The notes beneath the pieces were generated by a model. That model saw nothing but the letters and a program-made list of their open reading frames with translations. It searched no databases and was not told the DNA's origin. DNA of 63,997 nucleotides, filler included, from Sanchytrium tribonematis (lineage: Eukaryota), in NCBI GenBank assembly GCA_018985235.1. It is 10 parts of 10 records of this genome, joined end to end, with 100 filler letters (N's around TTAATTAATTAA, not from the genome) between each part and the next. Parts side by side here need not be neighbours in the genome. Positions count along the whole stretch, not along the records: positions 47,163 to 51,493 come from JADGIG010000737.1; positions 51,594 to 55,917 come from JADGIG010000738.1; positions 56,018 to 60,321 come from JADGIG010000739.1; 7 more parts are not named here. One strand, given 5' to 3'. Position 1 is the first letter of the stretch, and each line of letters opens with the position of its first letter. Position numbers and translations under genes: made by a program. Below, piece by piece: positions 47,063 to 59,631 of the stretch.

Positions 47063-47885
47063 NNNNNNNNNNNNNNNNNNNNNNNNNNNNNNNNNNNNNN
47101 NNNNNNTTAATTAATTAANNNNNNNNNNNNNNNNNNNNNNNNNNNNNNNNNNNNNNNNNNNNTCTAAGAGGTGATAGAGATGAAGGAATCAATTTATTTC
47201 GTAGTTCACTCTGCATCTTCCTCCATCTCTTCACCCCTAAATGAGAACAGATTAACCAGATATTTTCTTCAGAGCAGACCAGAGTCACTTCAAATAATTG
47301 ACTGTCAATCACTTTAGACATTACACAATTTTCCGTCACTGCAATGCGTCCATTTGAGGTAATTCTTTCAGCGGATTCAAACTGCACTAAATCAATAGAA
47401 ATTGGTAATTAGTCGCTTAAGACATGCTTTAAAGTAGCGAAAGAACTTTTTACGGTTACAGGGACAGTGCAGCTGAATGCTTGACCACTCAAATCGCTGT
47501 AAAGCATCAATGTGATTGCAAACTCTTTAGGTACTTCTAGAGTAGCCATTGGGAAATCAGGGGAGTCTAGGCCAATTGCAGTATTGGCTCTACTTTCAGT
47601 GGAGATGACGGAAGAAATTTCAGTATTTGCAATAATCTTGCGCATGATTTCATTCTTTTTATGTTGCAATTGCTTTCGAAAAGTATTTAAATAAAACCCA
47701 ATCATCAGTGTCGTAACCGGTTAAGGAAGTTAATAATTTACTTAATTTGTTCTTTTATGAACTACCCAAAACCCCAAATACTTGGTAATATAAATTAACA
47801 CCAATAAAGAACATCATTAATATTGCATTAATTAATTAGTTCTGTGTCCAAAATCAACATGACTTTGTGAAATTCTGCCTTTTCT

Positions 47886-50800
47886 TTATTTATTCGTCTT
47901 CTTTGTTTCTTTAGGCTTTTGCCAAGGTATGACTCTACGAATATTTACTCTTTCAAGCAACCCATGTTTAAGGATTGTAATAGTGTTATTTGAATGAACT
48001 TCTTTAACAATAAAGGGCCCATCTTGTTCTGGAGACCATTTGCTATCCAATTCAGGCTGAACTTTACGAATTAAAACCATGTCATCTGCTTTAAAGCTGC
48101 ATTTAATTCGATTTTTGTTCAGTCTCTCTGCATCCTTTTTAACTTGAGCAGGAGTATTTTTTTCAAGAGTTTGAGAATTTAAATAATAAGAAGGCAGTAC
48201 CATGTTTTGGTTAAACAATATATCACTTGGTGACCTGTTAGTAGTTCCATGAACAGTAGCACGTAAAGCAAATGCGATTGCGGGAATTTTATCAAACCAG
48301 TCATCAAGACCAATACATCGAAGTATATTATTGATGGTGCCATGTAATCTTTCACATATAGAATTGGCAGTGGCCGAGTAGGTGGTTGTAAACGAATGAA
48401 ATATTCCAGGTCCTTGATCAGAAAGCACAAAACGAGGACGAGGATAGCGACAAAGCCAATACTCATCAATCACTTTGGCTATTGTCTGAGAAGATTGTTC
48501 CGATAAAGGAATTAATTCAACCCAGCGGCTATGGATATCGATTATAGTGAGTAAATACTTATATTCGATACCATTCTGATCAATGGAAACTGGAAATGGA
48601 CCTTGGAGATCCAAAGCTACTACTTCAAAGCTTGACAGGTTGTTTTGAATTGTAGTAGGAGTGAGATGACCATATTTCTTTGAATTAATTTTGTGTTTTG
48701 CGCATAATAAACACTTGTTACAAAACGTCTTTATATCCTTGAAAATGTTGTGCCAGTAGAATTTGGAAGTAACTATATTTGTCATTCTAGTGATTCCAGG
48801 ATGCATATAGTTTGTGTGCATCCACTCCATTAAGTCGTGTTTCATAGAAAATGGGATGTAAATTTTGTCATTGTGTTGTAACAATACATTTTGGTCTACT
48901 GTTATTACCTTTAAATGTGGCAGAGTCTTCTTTTGTTTGAAACTAAGGATATCTACACTAGCATGTCCTAGTAAAACCTGAATATACAAGTACAAACTGG
49001 GATCCGCTGCTTGTTTCGTTGATATGTATGAGATCGATAATGGAAATTCTTCTATCAAATTGACAGTTTCCTCATTCCGTGAAAGCCAATCTGCAACATG
49101 GTTGTCTAATCCAGCAATTTTTTTAAATGTGGGTCCGTATTCGGATATTTTATTTGCTAGACGCTGCATCATCAAGCCCTTCATTGATTTTAAATGGGTA
49201 ACATTCATGTTATCAGTATATACTATAATTGTTTGTCCATATAAAAGCGAATGCAAATGCTCTAGTAAAGCTGCAATGGCAATTGTTTCTTTTTCGACTA
49301 TTGGGCGGTTTAATGCCGCATTTGATAGTTTTTTTGAATAAAAATGAATTGGCATAGGAATGTTTTCATCATTGTATTGAAAAACACACCCACCAATACC
49401 GTAGTCAGAAGCATCACAGGTTATGTGAAATGTCTTCTTGAAATCAGGATAAACCAATAATGTATTCTGACTAAGAAGGTCAACACATCTATGAAACAAA
49501 GTCTTACAATTTTCATCAAAGTCAAATTGTGCACTTTTTGATACCATTTGGTTTAAAGGAGCAATAATAGACGAAAGATTAGGCAAGAATCTTCGAAAAA
49601 AGTTAATAGCTCCTATAAATCCTCGTAGTTGCTTCTTTGTTTTCGGATATGGTGCTTGACAGATTGCTTGTACCTTTTCTGGGTCTGCTGTGATTCCAGT
49701 GGAATTTAAAACAAATCCTAAGTATTTTATCTCGTGTTTAGCTAATTCGCATTTTGACAGCTTAAGGTGAACATTATTATCTTGAAATATGTTCAATACT
49801 GTTGCAATATGAGTCATATGTTTTTCGTAAGTATCACTTATAATTAGTACATCGTCTATATAGACGAGAACAAATGACAAGTGACCCAAAATTGAGATCA
49901 TAAATTGCTGGAATGCCTCAGGGGCAGAACTGCAACCCATTGGCATTTTAACGAAATAATATGAGCCAAATACCAGTATAAAACCTGTGTATTGCTGACT
50001 CTCTTTGTCGAGCTCTAAGTGGAAGAATCCACTTTTACAATCAACTTTAGAGAACCATTTTCCAGGACCAACACGATACAAAAGATCATCAATGGTTGGA
50101 ATTGGGAAGGGTCTCCTCTCAATTAATAAATTTAAAGTTTTAGAAAAGTCAACAACTAGTCTGGCACCACCATCTTTCTTTGAGACAGTAAAAGCACTGC
50201 TAGTATATGCTGTAGTTCCTTCTTTGATTATGTCATCTCTCAACATTTCTTTGATTTGATTTTTAACATACTCTAGCTGTGCAAAGGTGATGCGAAATGG
50301 TTTTGAACGAAATGGTGTAGGTTTTGTTTTAAAATGAAGTTTGAAAACAAAGTTGGGCACAGTTTCAACAATTGGCTGAAACACCTTGTTGTACATTGTC
50401 AGGATATTATCAAGCTGAATTTTTTCATTTACAAGTAAAACTTCAGAGTAATTATTGTTGTAGTCAAACGAAGATTCATTCATGACAATTCTCTCAATTT
50501 GAAAATCTATTTTAATTCCAAATTTGTTTAACAACTTAGTACCAATAATTAAATCTTGCCCAATTTGGTCACAAACCATTAGATCTATTTCCACATTCAG
50601 AGAAGGAGAAAGTCCTCGTAAATTTAACGTGACTTTTGTTTTACCTTCACAGTTTATTTTTGAGCCAGTAATGCTTTGCGCATTCCAGTTACTAGGGGAA
50701 ATAACTAAGGACAAATAATTTGCTAACGATTTACTAATGATAGATTCGGCACTACCTGTATCTAACAGTGCAGTTGTTTGCCCTTTACCATTTATACCAA

Positions 50801-51493
50801 CTGGTAATTGAGGTCGCCCATCGATTGCGGCTACCTGAGCCTTACGTTTAGGGTGTAACTCGGGATGTAAAATCCAACATTTCTCAGTGCGAGGTTTCTT
50901 TTTCTTGGGAAATCCATTTGGAATTTTATCCTCTTCATTTGAAGTTTCAATTTTTCGTTTTTTATGAAATTGTTTTGATAATAACTTCATGTTATCTTCT
51001 GCTCTCTGAGCTGTTGAAAAGGCCTCTGACAAACTTGAAACATTCTGCAAATTTGCAAACGCTTGTATTTCTCTCAAAAGCCCATCAAGAAATGCGTTCA
51101 TTTGGTCACGTGAACTTAATTTGTCCGCCTCAGATGGAGCAAGAAAATTGCAACACTGAACATTCTGCTTAAATCGATAAAAATAGGATTCAACGGACTC
51201 ATCCACTTGTTGTTTTAATCTTCTGAATTTACCATAGTATTTGCGATGCGCATCAGCGCCTACAAAATGATCTTGTAATTTTACCAATGCATCACTAGCG
51301 GAGGCAAAAGGAGAAAATTCAATGTATGTTTGTAGTGCAATACCTCCAAGAGCTCTTTTTAGTTGTACGCAACCAGTAGATTCGGGATCTTCAGTAGTTG
51401 CTTCATTTTTCCATTTGCAAGTAGCCATATGGCTTTTAAACTCCTTACGAAAATAAACAAAGTTCTCAGAAGGGGTTCCTGAATATTTTTTTC
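47886..51493 (-). mobile_element. Ty3/Gypsy LTR retrotransposon gag-pol, single ORF, 5' truncated
   Basis: LLDTGS protease, YIDD RT, CDASDYGIG RNase H, HHCC + DDE integrase, GPF motif, in PR-RT-RH-IN order. Confidence 0.95.
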
Positions 51494-51593
51494 NNNNNNN
51501 NNNNNNNNNNNNNNNNNNNNNNNNNNNNNNNNNNNNNTTAATTAATTAANNNNNNNNNNNNNNNNNNNNNNNNNNNNNNNNNNNNNNNNNNNN

Positions 51594-53987
51594 TCTCAGA
51601 CCATTCTAGAAGTAGTGATTTGTAAATATAAAGTATCTGAAAAAATTGCAGCAATATCCCAAATCCAACCAAATACCTTCCAAATTTGATCTTAATAAAT
51701 AATAATACAATAGAGGTAAATAGCAATACAATTCCGAGTAAGATATACAATTTGGCATTATTGGGACACTTTTCACAATAATTCGATTTTGTGTAAAAGC
51801 CGGATAAGCATTTCCCGCACAAAATTCCAGTATAACCAGTGTCACATTGATTGCTTCCTAAGCATCCTTTTGAAACACACTTGGAATACTCTAAACCGTT
51901 TTCAGTTTGAATTTCATAGTAGTTTACTTTTCCTCGAGGCACTTGGGTACCAGAAATAAAACACTCTGCTCCGTTGGGACACTCAGCGCATATTGGTCTA
52001 ATGCCGTTGCTATCTTTGTATCTGAAAACATTCAGATAGCCAGTAGTACACGTGTAATCAATTGTTGTTTGGAGAAGGTTTCCTCCCATTGTAAAATTAA
52101 CTGTAATGGGAAAGTCACTGGGAATTAAGAAATTGCTTGTTTCTCCTGTCGTATTCCAAATGACACTTTGAATGTTTTTAGTTTTAAAATCAGGATAAGA
52201 GTAGGTGGCTATTGCAATATTAGATAACGGATAAACTGACCCCACTGATACCGAGACCTGTAGTTGTGGAGTGATCGGAAACTCAAATGTGCAATTTTCA
52301 TGATATTCCAAAATAGGCCAAATAATATTGTTTGTGTTGCTGATAGGAGCTATTTGAGGCAAAATAGAAACAACATCAAACAGCCTGAATGATGCTTGAT
52401 TTTTACCAGACACCACAAACAAACTATTTTTAGTGAAAGAAACTAAGGGTGGCATAATTGTCATAATTTGCATCCTACCTTCAACAAGATTGCCAGCTAC
52501 ATTTAAAACGAGCTTCAAAGTATTATTATAAAAAGTACCTTTTTGAAGCCCTAAATTATGAGAATCAAAAATCATTTCCTGTTGACTAGATCCACTCAGT
52601 GATAAGGCCGGAATTGCATATAAATCAGAGCTGCTCAGCACGCGCCTGATCTTCAAAGGAAGCTGGAAGCGTATAATTTGGAAATTGTTCATCACATTGT
52701 AATCAAGAGGTAAAATATAAGCAAAATAAGGATCTACAAAATTGGTGAGTTCCGCAGTTTCACCGAATGTGTCAATGACCAATAAAGACATCGTAGAGCT
52801 TGGTAAAATCGAATAAGCGTGTTGGTTATTATTTTGGTATTTACGTGACCAGTATTTAAAATAATCTCCGCCAGGGGTCTTCAAAGTGTTGTTCAATTTG
52901 AGTGAAAATTCATAGCATAGAGGGTCCGGAAAGCTTCCCACTAATACTATGTTCTTTTTCCAAATTTGCGTGTCCATTTGAGTGTACGAGAAAGAGTAGC
53001 TAAAGTTGGAATTGAAACAAGCGAAATCGGTATCGCAAGGACCAACAAGTTCTTTATAAACTAATGGATTGTTTCTCATTGAGCATATTGTAACAGTCGA
53101 AGGGAGCGTCAATGATTTGAATTTAGTACCATCTGCAATTAATACATTTAATTGACTATTTTGTGGAAAATTAATGCTTGACACTGGATTATTCGAAATG
53201 TCAAGAAAAAAGACTGTAGCCGATAAATCTAAAGTACTTATCAAATTGTTGCGAGCAGAAACATTGACAATGGAAGGAAAATTAGGTAAGGCATTGAGAT
53301 TATTGAAACTCACGTCAAATATGTTTAAATTATAAGTGGATGGAGGTTGCGGAGGCAGGGGTAGAAAAAATGTATCTGGATAAAGGGTAAAATAGTTGTG
53401 ACTAAAATTGTATATGGCAGTAGAAGGTGGAATAGATGCCAAGTAGCCAGAAAATCGATTGTTGGATAAATTGATCTCTCTTATGGGCCCGCAAATTTGG
53501 CCGATAATCTCCCCCGTTATAATATTACTGGACAAATCTATTTTGATATATAACAAGTATTTCGTAAATTGGTAAAAAGTCCGTCGGGTATAATTTCAAA
53601 TTGATTGGAATTGGCAAAATAATTCTTAATTTGATTTACAGGAGGAGGTTTTCCAGTCAATACATTATTTTGTATCATCAGGGTTTCGAGCGATGGAATT
53701 AATAATCCTGAGATATCTCCCGCTAAATTATTATTGCTAAGATCTAGTTTTTTAAGATTGAGTAGGGCATTCAGAGAACCCAATATAGTCGAATCTAAAG
53801 TCACGGTATTTTTAGCTATAGCATTTCCCAATATTCCTGTAACCTGACCAAAATTAGATTCTAGATAACGACATTGGTTCGGAAATACCGAACAGCATAA
53901 GGAATTCAGCGAATCATCTAAATGCTGTAAGAATGCCATGGCATTTTCACAATCCGTACGAGCATAAGCCAAAAGATAGATAAACAT
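51594..53987 (-). CDS. LRR + Cys-rich multi-pass membrane protein, frame break near 53545, 3' truncated
   Basis: Signal peptide, LRRs in both ORFs, CAECPNGAEC..GYTGILCGKC..CEKC, then TM helices. Confidence 0.7.
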
Positions 53988-54048
53988 TTTGTTTTACGAC
54001 TGCAGACGTCCTTGGTAAAACGTAAAGATTTTGAAACAACTTGATAAA

Positions 54049-54339
54049 ATGAGTAAATTCACTGGAGCCATTAATCTTATGTTCGGAATGTTCTTGGCAT
54101 TTGGCGGCATGTTTGCATTTTTAAGCAGAGGATCTTTAATTTCAATGATAATAGGTTCCAGTTTTGGAGTATTAATTGTTGGAAGTAGAAAGCAACCTAT
54201 TGTAATGTTTGTTTTAAGTGGCATTATATCATTAATAATGGGATGGAGATATTTAGAGACCATGAATGTCATGCCTAGCGGTGTAGTTGGAATGATTGCA
54301 TTTTCTATTTGTGTTTTAAATTTGACCCACTTGAAGTAA
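54049..54339 (+). CDS. TMEM14-family small membrane protein
   Basis: GGMFAF..RGSLISMIIG, MGWRY..T..VMPSG. Confidence 0.8.
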   Translation: MSKFTGAINLMFGMFLAFGGMFAFLSRGSLISMIIGSSFGVLIVGSRKQPIVMFVLSGIISLIMGWRYLETMNVMPSGVVGMIAFSICVLNLTHLK

Positions 54340-54360
54340 TTTTACCAAGAAAATAAAATT

Positions 54361-55587
54361 TTATTCAGACTGGTAACTCTTGAAGTATACAGGTTTTTTT
54401 AAAACAGCTGGCAGATATTCAGTATGCTCTTCTTGTGAGTGTCTTTCTCTGCCTCTGTCACCAGTATAATATGGCCAACAATCAAAAGTGTCACTCAATG
54501 GCTCCCAAATAATTGGAACATCTTCAGCAGGTCTATGGGCCATTGTATGAGGATGTTTTTTTGCGTAATCGGTATCATAAAATTTAATGTAATTGTAGGA
54601 TTCAATATCGTATGTGACTTTAACTGATGGTACCATTAATATCTTCCCGAATCCATTTTTGATCAGATCCATGCAGAAGGTAGTAATTTCACTAGCACTG
54701 CATTCTCCAGGCAAGGTCTCATTTTTATTACCATTTAAGCCTCTTCTAAATTCAATATAATTGAATATGGTGGCATTTATAACAGTCATACCATTCCACA
54801 AGCACATCATTTGTACAGGAAGATCGTCTTGTTGTCTTTCCAAGTCATCTTGATTTTGGTTATTTACAACCTCTTGGTTTATAACTTGCTTTGGGGTAGG
54901 ATGCTTTCCAAATTTGCGTTCTTGGACTACCCAAGAGTCATAAAATAATAACCTGCGCCACGCTGTCATCCAAGCCAGATCCATACCACCGGTCAAAAAT
55001 GCATCATTTAACAACTGCTGATGAATTAGCTCTAAGACGTCATTGTAGCAATAAAGTACATCGTTCATAAATATAACAAAATCAGCATGGTATCTATTTT
55101 TAAGTATAGGTTTTATAGCATAATTTCTCATGTAAGCCAAATAATCAATTCTATTGGTTTCAGTATCATTTTTATTTAATGGACTCGTCTCTATTGTGTG
55201 ACTAATGTTATTTAAATTTAATAAGTAATGAAATTCTTTAAGGAGTTTTTTGGTCTTGTCTGAACTTCCACTTTCATATATGTTAATATGGGATCTGATG
55301 AGATACTGGGTTGATAATTTAAGGATATTATGCATCATGTTTGGCAGAATTTCTTGATTGTTGTATAAATTTATGGCTATAAAATAGGAATAGTCTCTCC
55401 GTATAAAGTAATCATATCTATTTTTAATATCCTTATTACAGCCATGTATGCTCTTAGAGTATTTTTTGGTTAGGTAGTGCGACCAAGTGAACGCGTTGTT
55501 TATATGAATATGCGCGATTTGAGAGTAATCAAATGGTAAAAGAGTAAAAATAAAAACAGGGATCAGTTTATAAAAAAACTGGTCCAT
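54361..55587 (-). CDS. GT69 (CAP59/CMT1-like) alpha-1,3-mannosyltransferase
   Basis: AINLYNN, IYESGSSD, RIDYLAYMRN, FMNDV, FYDSWV, CLWNG, ECSASE. Confidence 0.88.
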   Translation of the reverse strand: MDQFFYKLIPVFIFTLLPFDYSQIAHIHINNAFTWSHYLTKKYSKSIHGCNKDIKNRYDYFIRRDYSYFIAINLYNNQEILPNMMHNILKLSTQYLIRSHINIYESGSSDKTKKLLKEFHYLLNLNNISHTIETSPLNKNDTETNRIDYLAYMRNYAIKPILKNRYHADFVIFMNDVLYCYNDVLELIHQQLLNDAFLTGGMDLAWMTAWRRLLFYDSWVVQERKFGKHPTPKQVINQEVVNNQNQDDLERQQDDLPVQMMCLWNGMTVINATIFNYIEFRRGLNGNKNETLPGECSASEITTFCMDLIKNGFGKILMVPSVKVTYDIESYNYIKFYDTDYAKKHPHTMAHRPAEDVPIIWEPLSDTFDCWPYYTGDRGRERHSQEEHTEYLPAVLKKPVYFKSYQSE

Positions 55588-55604
55588 ATTTGAAACCAAC
55601 TGAA

Positions 55605-55917
55605 ATGTGGTCTGAGAGAAGTCGCACTGACCTACCAATTATGCTTAAAGGCCTGCTTTTGCAACAAAGCAATCCATATTCAATTGCTAATCCCGATGGA
55701 ATCATAAACTGTGGGGTTGCTGAAAACACCAGCCAATTGCAAGAATTAAGCACGTATTTTACTGATATCGAAATGAAGGCAGACGACTTTAAATACGGGG
55801 AGTTGCAAGGTAGCAAGAAACTACGTGGTTTGATTGCAGACTTATTCAATCGTCATTTAAGCACAACATGGAAAAGTGAAAATTTAAGTTTACATAATGG
55901 CTGTGGCAGCACTATTG
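55605..55917 (+). CDS. PLP-dependent aminotransferase class I/II (ACC-synthase-like), 3' truncated
   Basis: NPDGIINCGVAEN, YG..QGS..LR..IA. Confidence 0.8.
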
Positions 55918-56017
55918 NNNNNNNNNNNNNNNNNNNNNNNNNNNNNNNNNNNNNNNNNNNNTTAATTAATTAANNNNNNNNNNNNNNNNNNNNNNNNNNN
56001 NNNNNNNNNNNNNNNNN

Positions 56018-56515
56018 TGGTCAATTACAAGTGGGTCCTACTTTCTAGAATTAAATATAGACGACACTGTCAAAGAATTTAAAGTTTTACCTATTGAAGG
56101 ATTGATAATACTTGAGTTTGAGAAATCGTCGACTCTAACATTTTCTCAACTCTCTGAGAAACTTAAAATGCCAATTTTAATGATAAAAAAGTACTGCAAA
56201 TTTTGGCAAAAAAACGACATTTTACATTTATCTGGCAATACCTTGCAACTTGTTGACTCCAATTTAGAGAAAGATAATACCACAATAATGCAAGAACATC
56301 AAGAAATAGAAATTACACCGCAACTGAAAATTGCCATGAATATCATGCGTTCAATTATTAGAACTCGAGTCAAGGCGCAACTATCAGAAATAGAAGTCTC
56401 TGCTAGAAAGAGCCCAGTCTTTAAAACTTTTAAGCACTCTGTCGCTCAAATTTTGCAATTAATGGTGCAGCAGGAATTGGTAGTTTATCATGAAGGATTT
56501 TATAAAATAAAATGA
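56018..56515 (+). CDS. APC2-like cullin C-terminus, 5' truncated
   Basis: G..FLEL..F.V.P...IILEF..L...L..FW..L followed by a winged-helix-sized tail. Confidence 0.55.
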   Translation, partial: WSITSGSYFLELNIDDTVKEFKVLPIEGLIILEFEKSSTLTFSQLSEKLKMPILMIKKYCKFWQKNDILHLSGNTLQLVDSNLEKDNTTIMQEHQEIEITPQLKIAMNIMRSIIRTRVKAQLSEIEVSARKSPVFKTFKHSVAQILQLMVQQELVVYHEGFYKIK

Positions 56516-56521
56516 TTGTAC

Positions 56522-57042
56522 TCAGTCGATTCTCTTGGAAAAAACTTTCGGCCAGCACAACTTAGTGGTTGCGACAACATTTCCTTGCCAAAAATCGATA
56601 GCTGAATTTTCTGGTTCGGAATCAACTTGAATGGGAGCCTCCAAGATTGCAGCTAAAAAATTGTAAAATTCACTGGATTCACTCATTATTTTGTAAACTG
56701 CCTCGATATCCTCACAAGTATATGGATTTGAATTTATTTCTTCCTTCATAGTTTCCTCCGTTTTTAAGTCATCAAAAATTCTAGATCCTTTTCAGTGATT
56801 TTTTCCAAATGAGGCTCAAAATATTCAATGTCTATGCTCGGAATTAAATCTTTAATTGTAAATTTACGGATTTGTGCTTTCAAGCCAGTTGTGGGATTAT
56901 TTTGTAGAAAATCTGGCTGTTTTCTATAAGTTGGTGGTGTAGAAATTACCTTGAAGGGTTTAGATTCTGGATTTGGAGTTGGAGGTGGGGGCAGAGGATA
57001 TTCTGGATCGAAACATATTGATTTTGCTCCATTTATATTCAT
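56522..57042 (-). CDS. Hypothetical protein split at a T5 run; weak Ada3/Ngg1 resemblance
   Basis: YFEPHLEKITEKDLEF motif; one extra T would join the two ORFs. Confidence 0.3.
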
Positions 57043-57056
57043 GAAGTTTTAAAAAT

Positions 57057-59631
57057 TTATTCTTCAACAACAGCAAATTTGGAAACCCAATTGAGAAATT
57101 TAATCCTTGAAAGATGCAGACAATCTAAAGAGTCCCGCAAACCCACAGTGACACCATGATGTTCTTCTGTGTCATGCTTTGAATCCAACGCAATGTTGAC
57201 CCGTTTTGGTGGACTGTAAAATTCCATGCAATCTAAACCAAGTACATTGTCGAATAACAACATTATATTGACCGGCAAATCTGGTAAAACCTTGAAAGTT
57301 TCTTTCAAATGATTTAGGTCATTTGCTCCACACTCTTGGTGCAGCAAAATCTTATTATCTTGAAAGCAGATCAATCTTGTAGTAAACCTGGCTATATCTT
57401 TTCTTAACATATAGTCCTTAATATTGATAACTTTGATCGCTATTTCTACCTCATTGTCAACGGTTTGAAATTTTAAATCGCATGATGGATATCCTTTAAC
57501 TCTCATAAAAATTTCCTTATTTAAATGAACTCCTGACAATATTTTTTTCAAAGAAATCTTGTCCAAATTGGAACAACCAAGCTGCTTAAATTCATCTGTT
57601 GTTTGAAGAGTAATATACCTTATTACGCTATGAACATTATAAAGCGAATTCGGCAAATGATTGCTGACACAATATTCAAGGGCCAATTTTAGAAAGTCCA
57701 AAGATTCAGATGTCGCGTTTCTCAAGTCAGAATTTACAAGGTCTGATTCAATTGCAGTCCCGGTAATTCTCATTAGCAAAAGAACTAAAATTTTATCACT
57801 TGAATTTTTCACTAGGCCTTTCGGTTTTGCGGAAAACCAAGATGCGATTTCTTTCATACATTTTACATCATTAAAGTATTTCTTCTCGCCTTTGCGTAAC
57901 TCAATTCCAATCTGCAAGCTTTGAGACGTTAATTCGAGCTAAGTAAGACAAAAATACAATATCAAGACAAGTCTTACAATTTTTTAAAAAAGATAAAGTA
58001 TCCTCAAATGAATTAGTTCTCTTTTTCCTCATTTCACAGTCTGCAATGTAATCGATATGTGTGAGTGAATCTAATTGTGAGGATAACGTATTGACATTGT
58101 AGTTCAAATCATGATAGAAATATGTTACTTTTAAAAATTCGACAATTTCATTTTTTTGCTCAGTAATACTCAGAAAATTTATAGGAATTTTTAAATTTTC
58201 GATAATTTCAGAAGTCAATTCATTTCCAGCAACATTTTTTGATTTCCATAAAGTTCCCTCACAATCAAGAATCTTTTCATATTTCTCAACTTGCTTGTTG
58301 TCTGTCATTAAAATAAATCTAGCATCGCCTTTCAATTTCTTTTTTATAAGGTTAATGTCAGTCTTGCACATATGGACAAGATTTTTTTCTTTGTATAGTA
58401 AAGTATTTTTGACGATTACGACATCTGCAAAATCAAATATTTTTTGACTTTTCTGATTAGTGCAGAGTATTTTGATTGAACCTTGAATGAACAGCCTTTC
58501 GATAGTTTTACGATCTTCCATGTATGCATGGCAGTAACAAACTCCATTAGAAATTTGCTGCTTAAGTGAATTGGCGACTTCAACTTGTACTTTACTTGGC
58601 TGAGAAAAATGAACTGAAATATATGAAGATGTTTGTTGACAACTTAGTTTTGAATTACAAATAATAACAGTCTTTTTGTTTTTAAGTTTCTTCAAAATAT
58701 CTGGCAATTTTTTGCTTAATTGAGCATCAAAGTACTTTTCGTTTTTCAACTCAAAACCTAAAACCATACTACCAGGTATGTGTTCTGGACCACTCAAAGT
58801 CTCACCATTTTGCTGCAAGTCGACATGTGCAGAAATCCAGGAATTTAGCTCTAAAGATTCACTATTGTGAAAGAATACAAGCTTGGCTTTTAAGATGGAT
58901 TTTTTCTCCAAGTAAAAGCAGATTGAGACTGTTGATTCAAAAGATTGGAAGTTTTTTTGAGAGATTTCGGTCATGTCAAAGCAAATAAGATCGCTCCTTC
59001 TCAGGTCCTCTATGCTCAATTTTGAAATGTCAAAACCATTAAACTTGAGATTCTCCGTCCTTTCAAAGAATTCATTAAACGAGAACACAATAGCTTCACC
59101 ACAACCATGAGTCAATGATTCCAAGTAAGAATTTAAATACCCTTTTCTTACTTCAATTTTCTCATGTGATCTAAGTCTTCTCGTCATTAGGGTGCTAACA
59201 TCATCGATGTTTTTATTGCTAATTTCAGAGACATGATTATCAAATTGCTGAGGTCTTTCTTTGTATTTAATGATATCATTTAAGGATTTCTTTTTCTTTT
59301 TATTCAAATTTCGATTTTTTCCAGAAAAGCTACTGTAACCGTCGACAATACGAGATTCGTTACTTAAGTCAACACTTACAACTTCCTTTGCATATTTTTT
59401 AAAATGCGGACTTAGTGATACCTTTTTACCGAGTGGTTTGCGCAAGAATGGTTTCGCGTGAAAAGATCTGGCAGAATTAGGCTGGTTATTGAGTAATTTA
59501 AGGGGGCTTGACATTAAATATAGAGGAGAGCTAGATTTTCTCTGGGATTCTATTTCATCGTAGAAATTACAATTTTCTTCAATTTCCATTAGTTGACTAG
59601 TCGATTCTAAAAAAGATTTTACAAAATTCAT
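57057..59631 (-). CDS. Degenerate Mer3/HFM1-like (Ski2-type helicase + Sec63 domain) protein, two exons
   Basis: GVCYCHA, DRKTIERLF..GSIKILCT, ADVVIVKNT, FLKVTYFY, LRKGEKK; intron 57939-57957. Confidence 0.6.
57939..57957 (-). other. 19-nt spliceosomal intron GTATTTTTGTCTTACTTAG
   Basis: Removal joins CLDI|LELTSQSLQIGIELRKGEKK, fusing the 576-aa and 286-aa ORFs. Confidence 0.88.

Noticed and set aside
53538..53554. Frame-restoring 17-nt GT-AG in the LRR/Cys-rich gene
   Set aside because: GTT donor, no T at -8 and off-size relative to the other introns; unresolved between intron and frameshift
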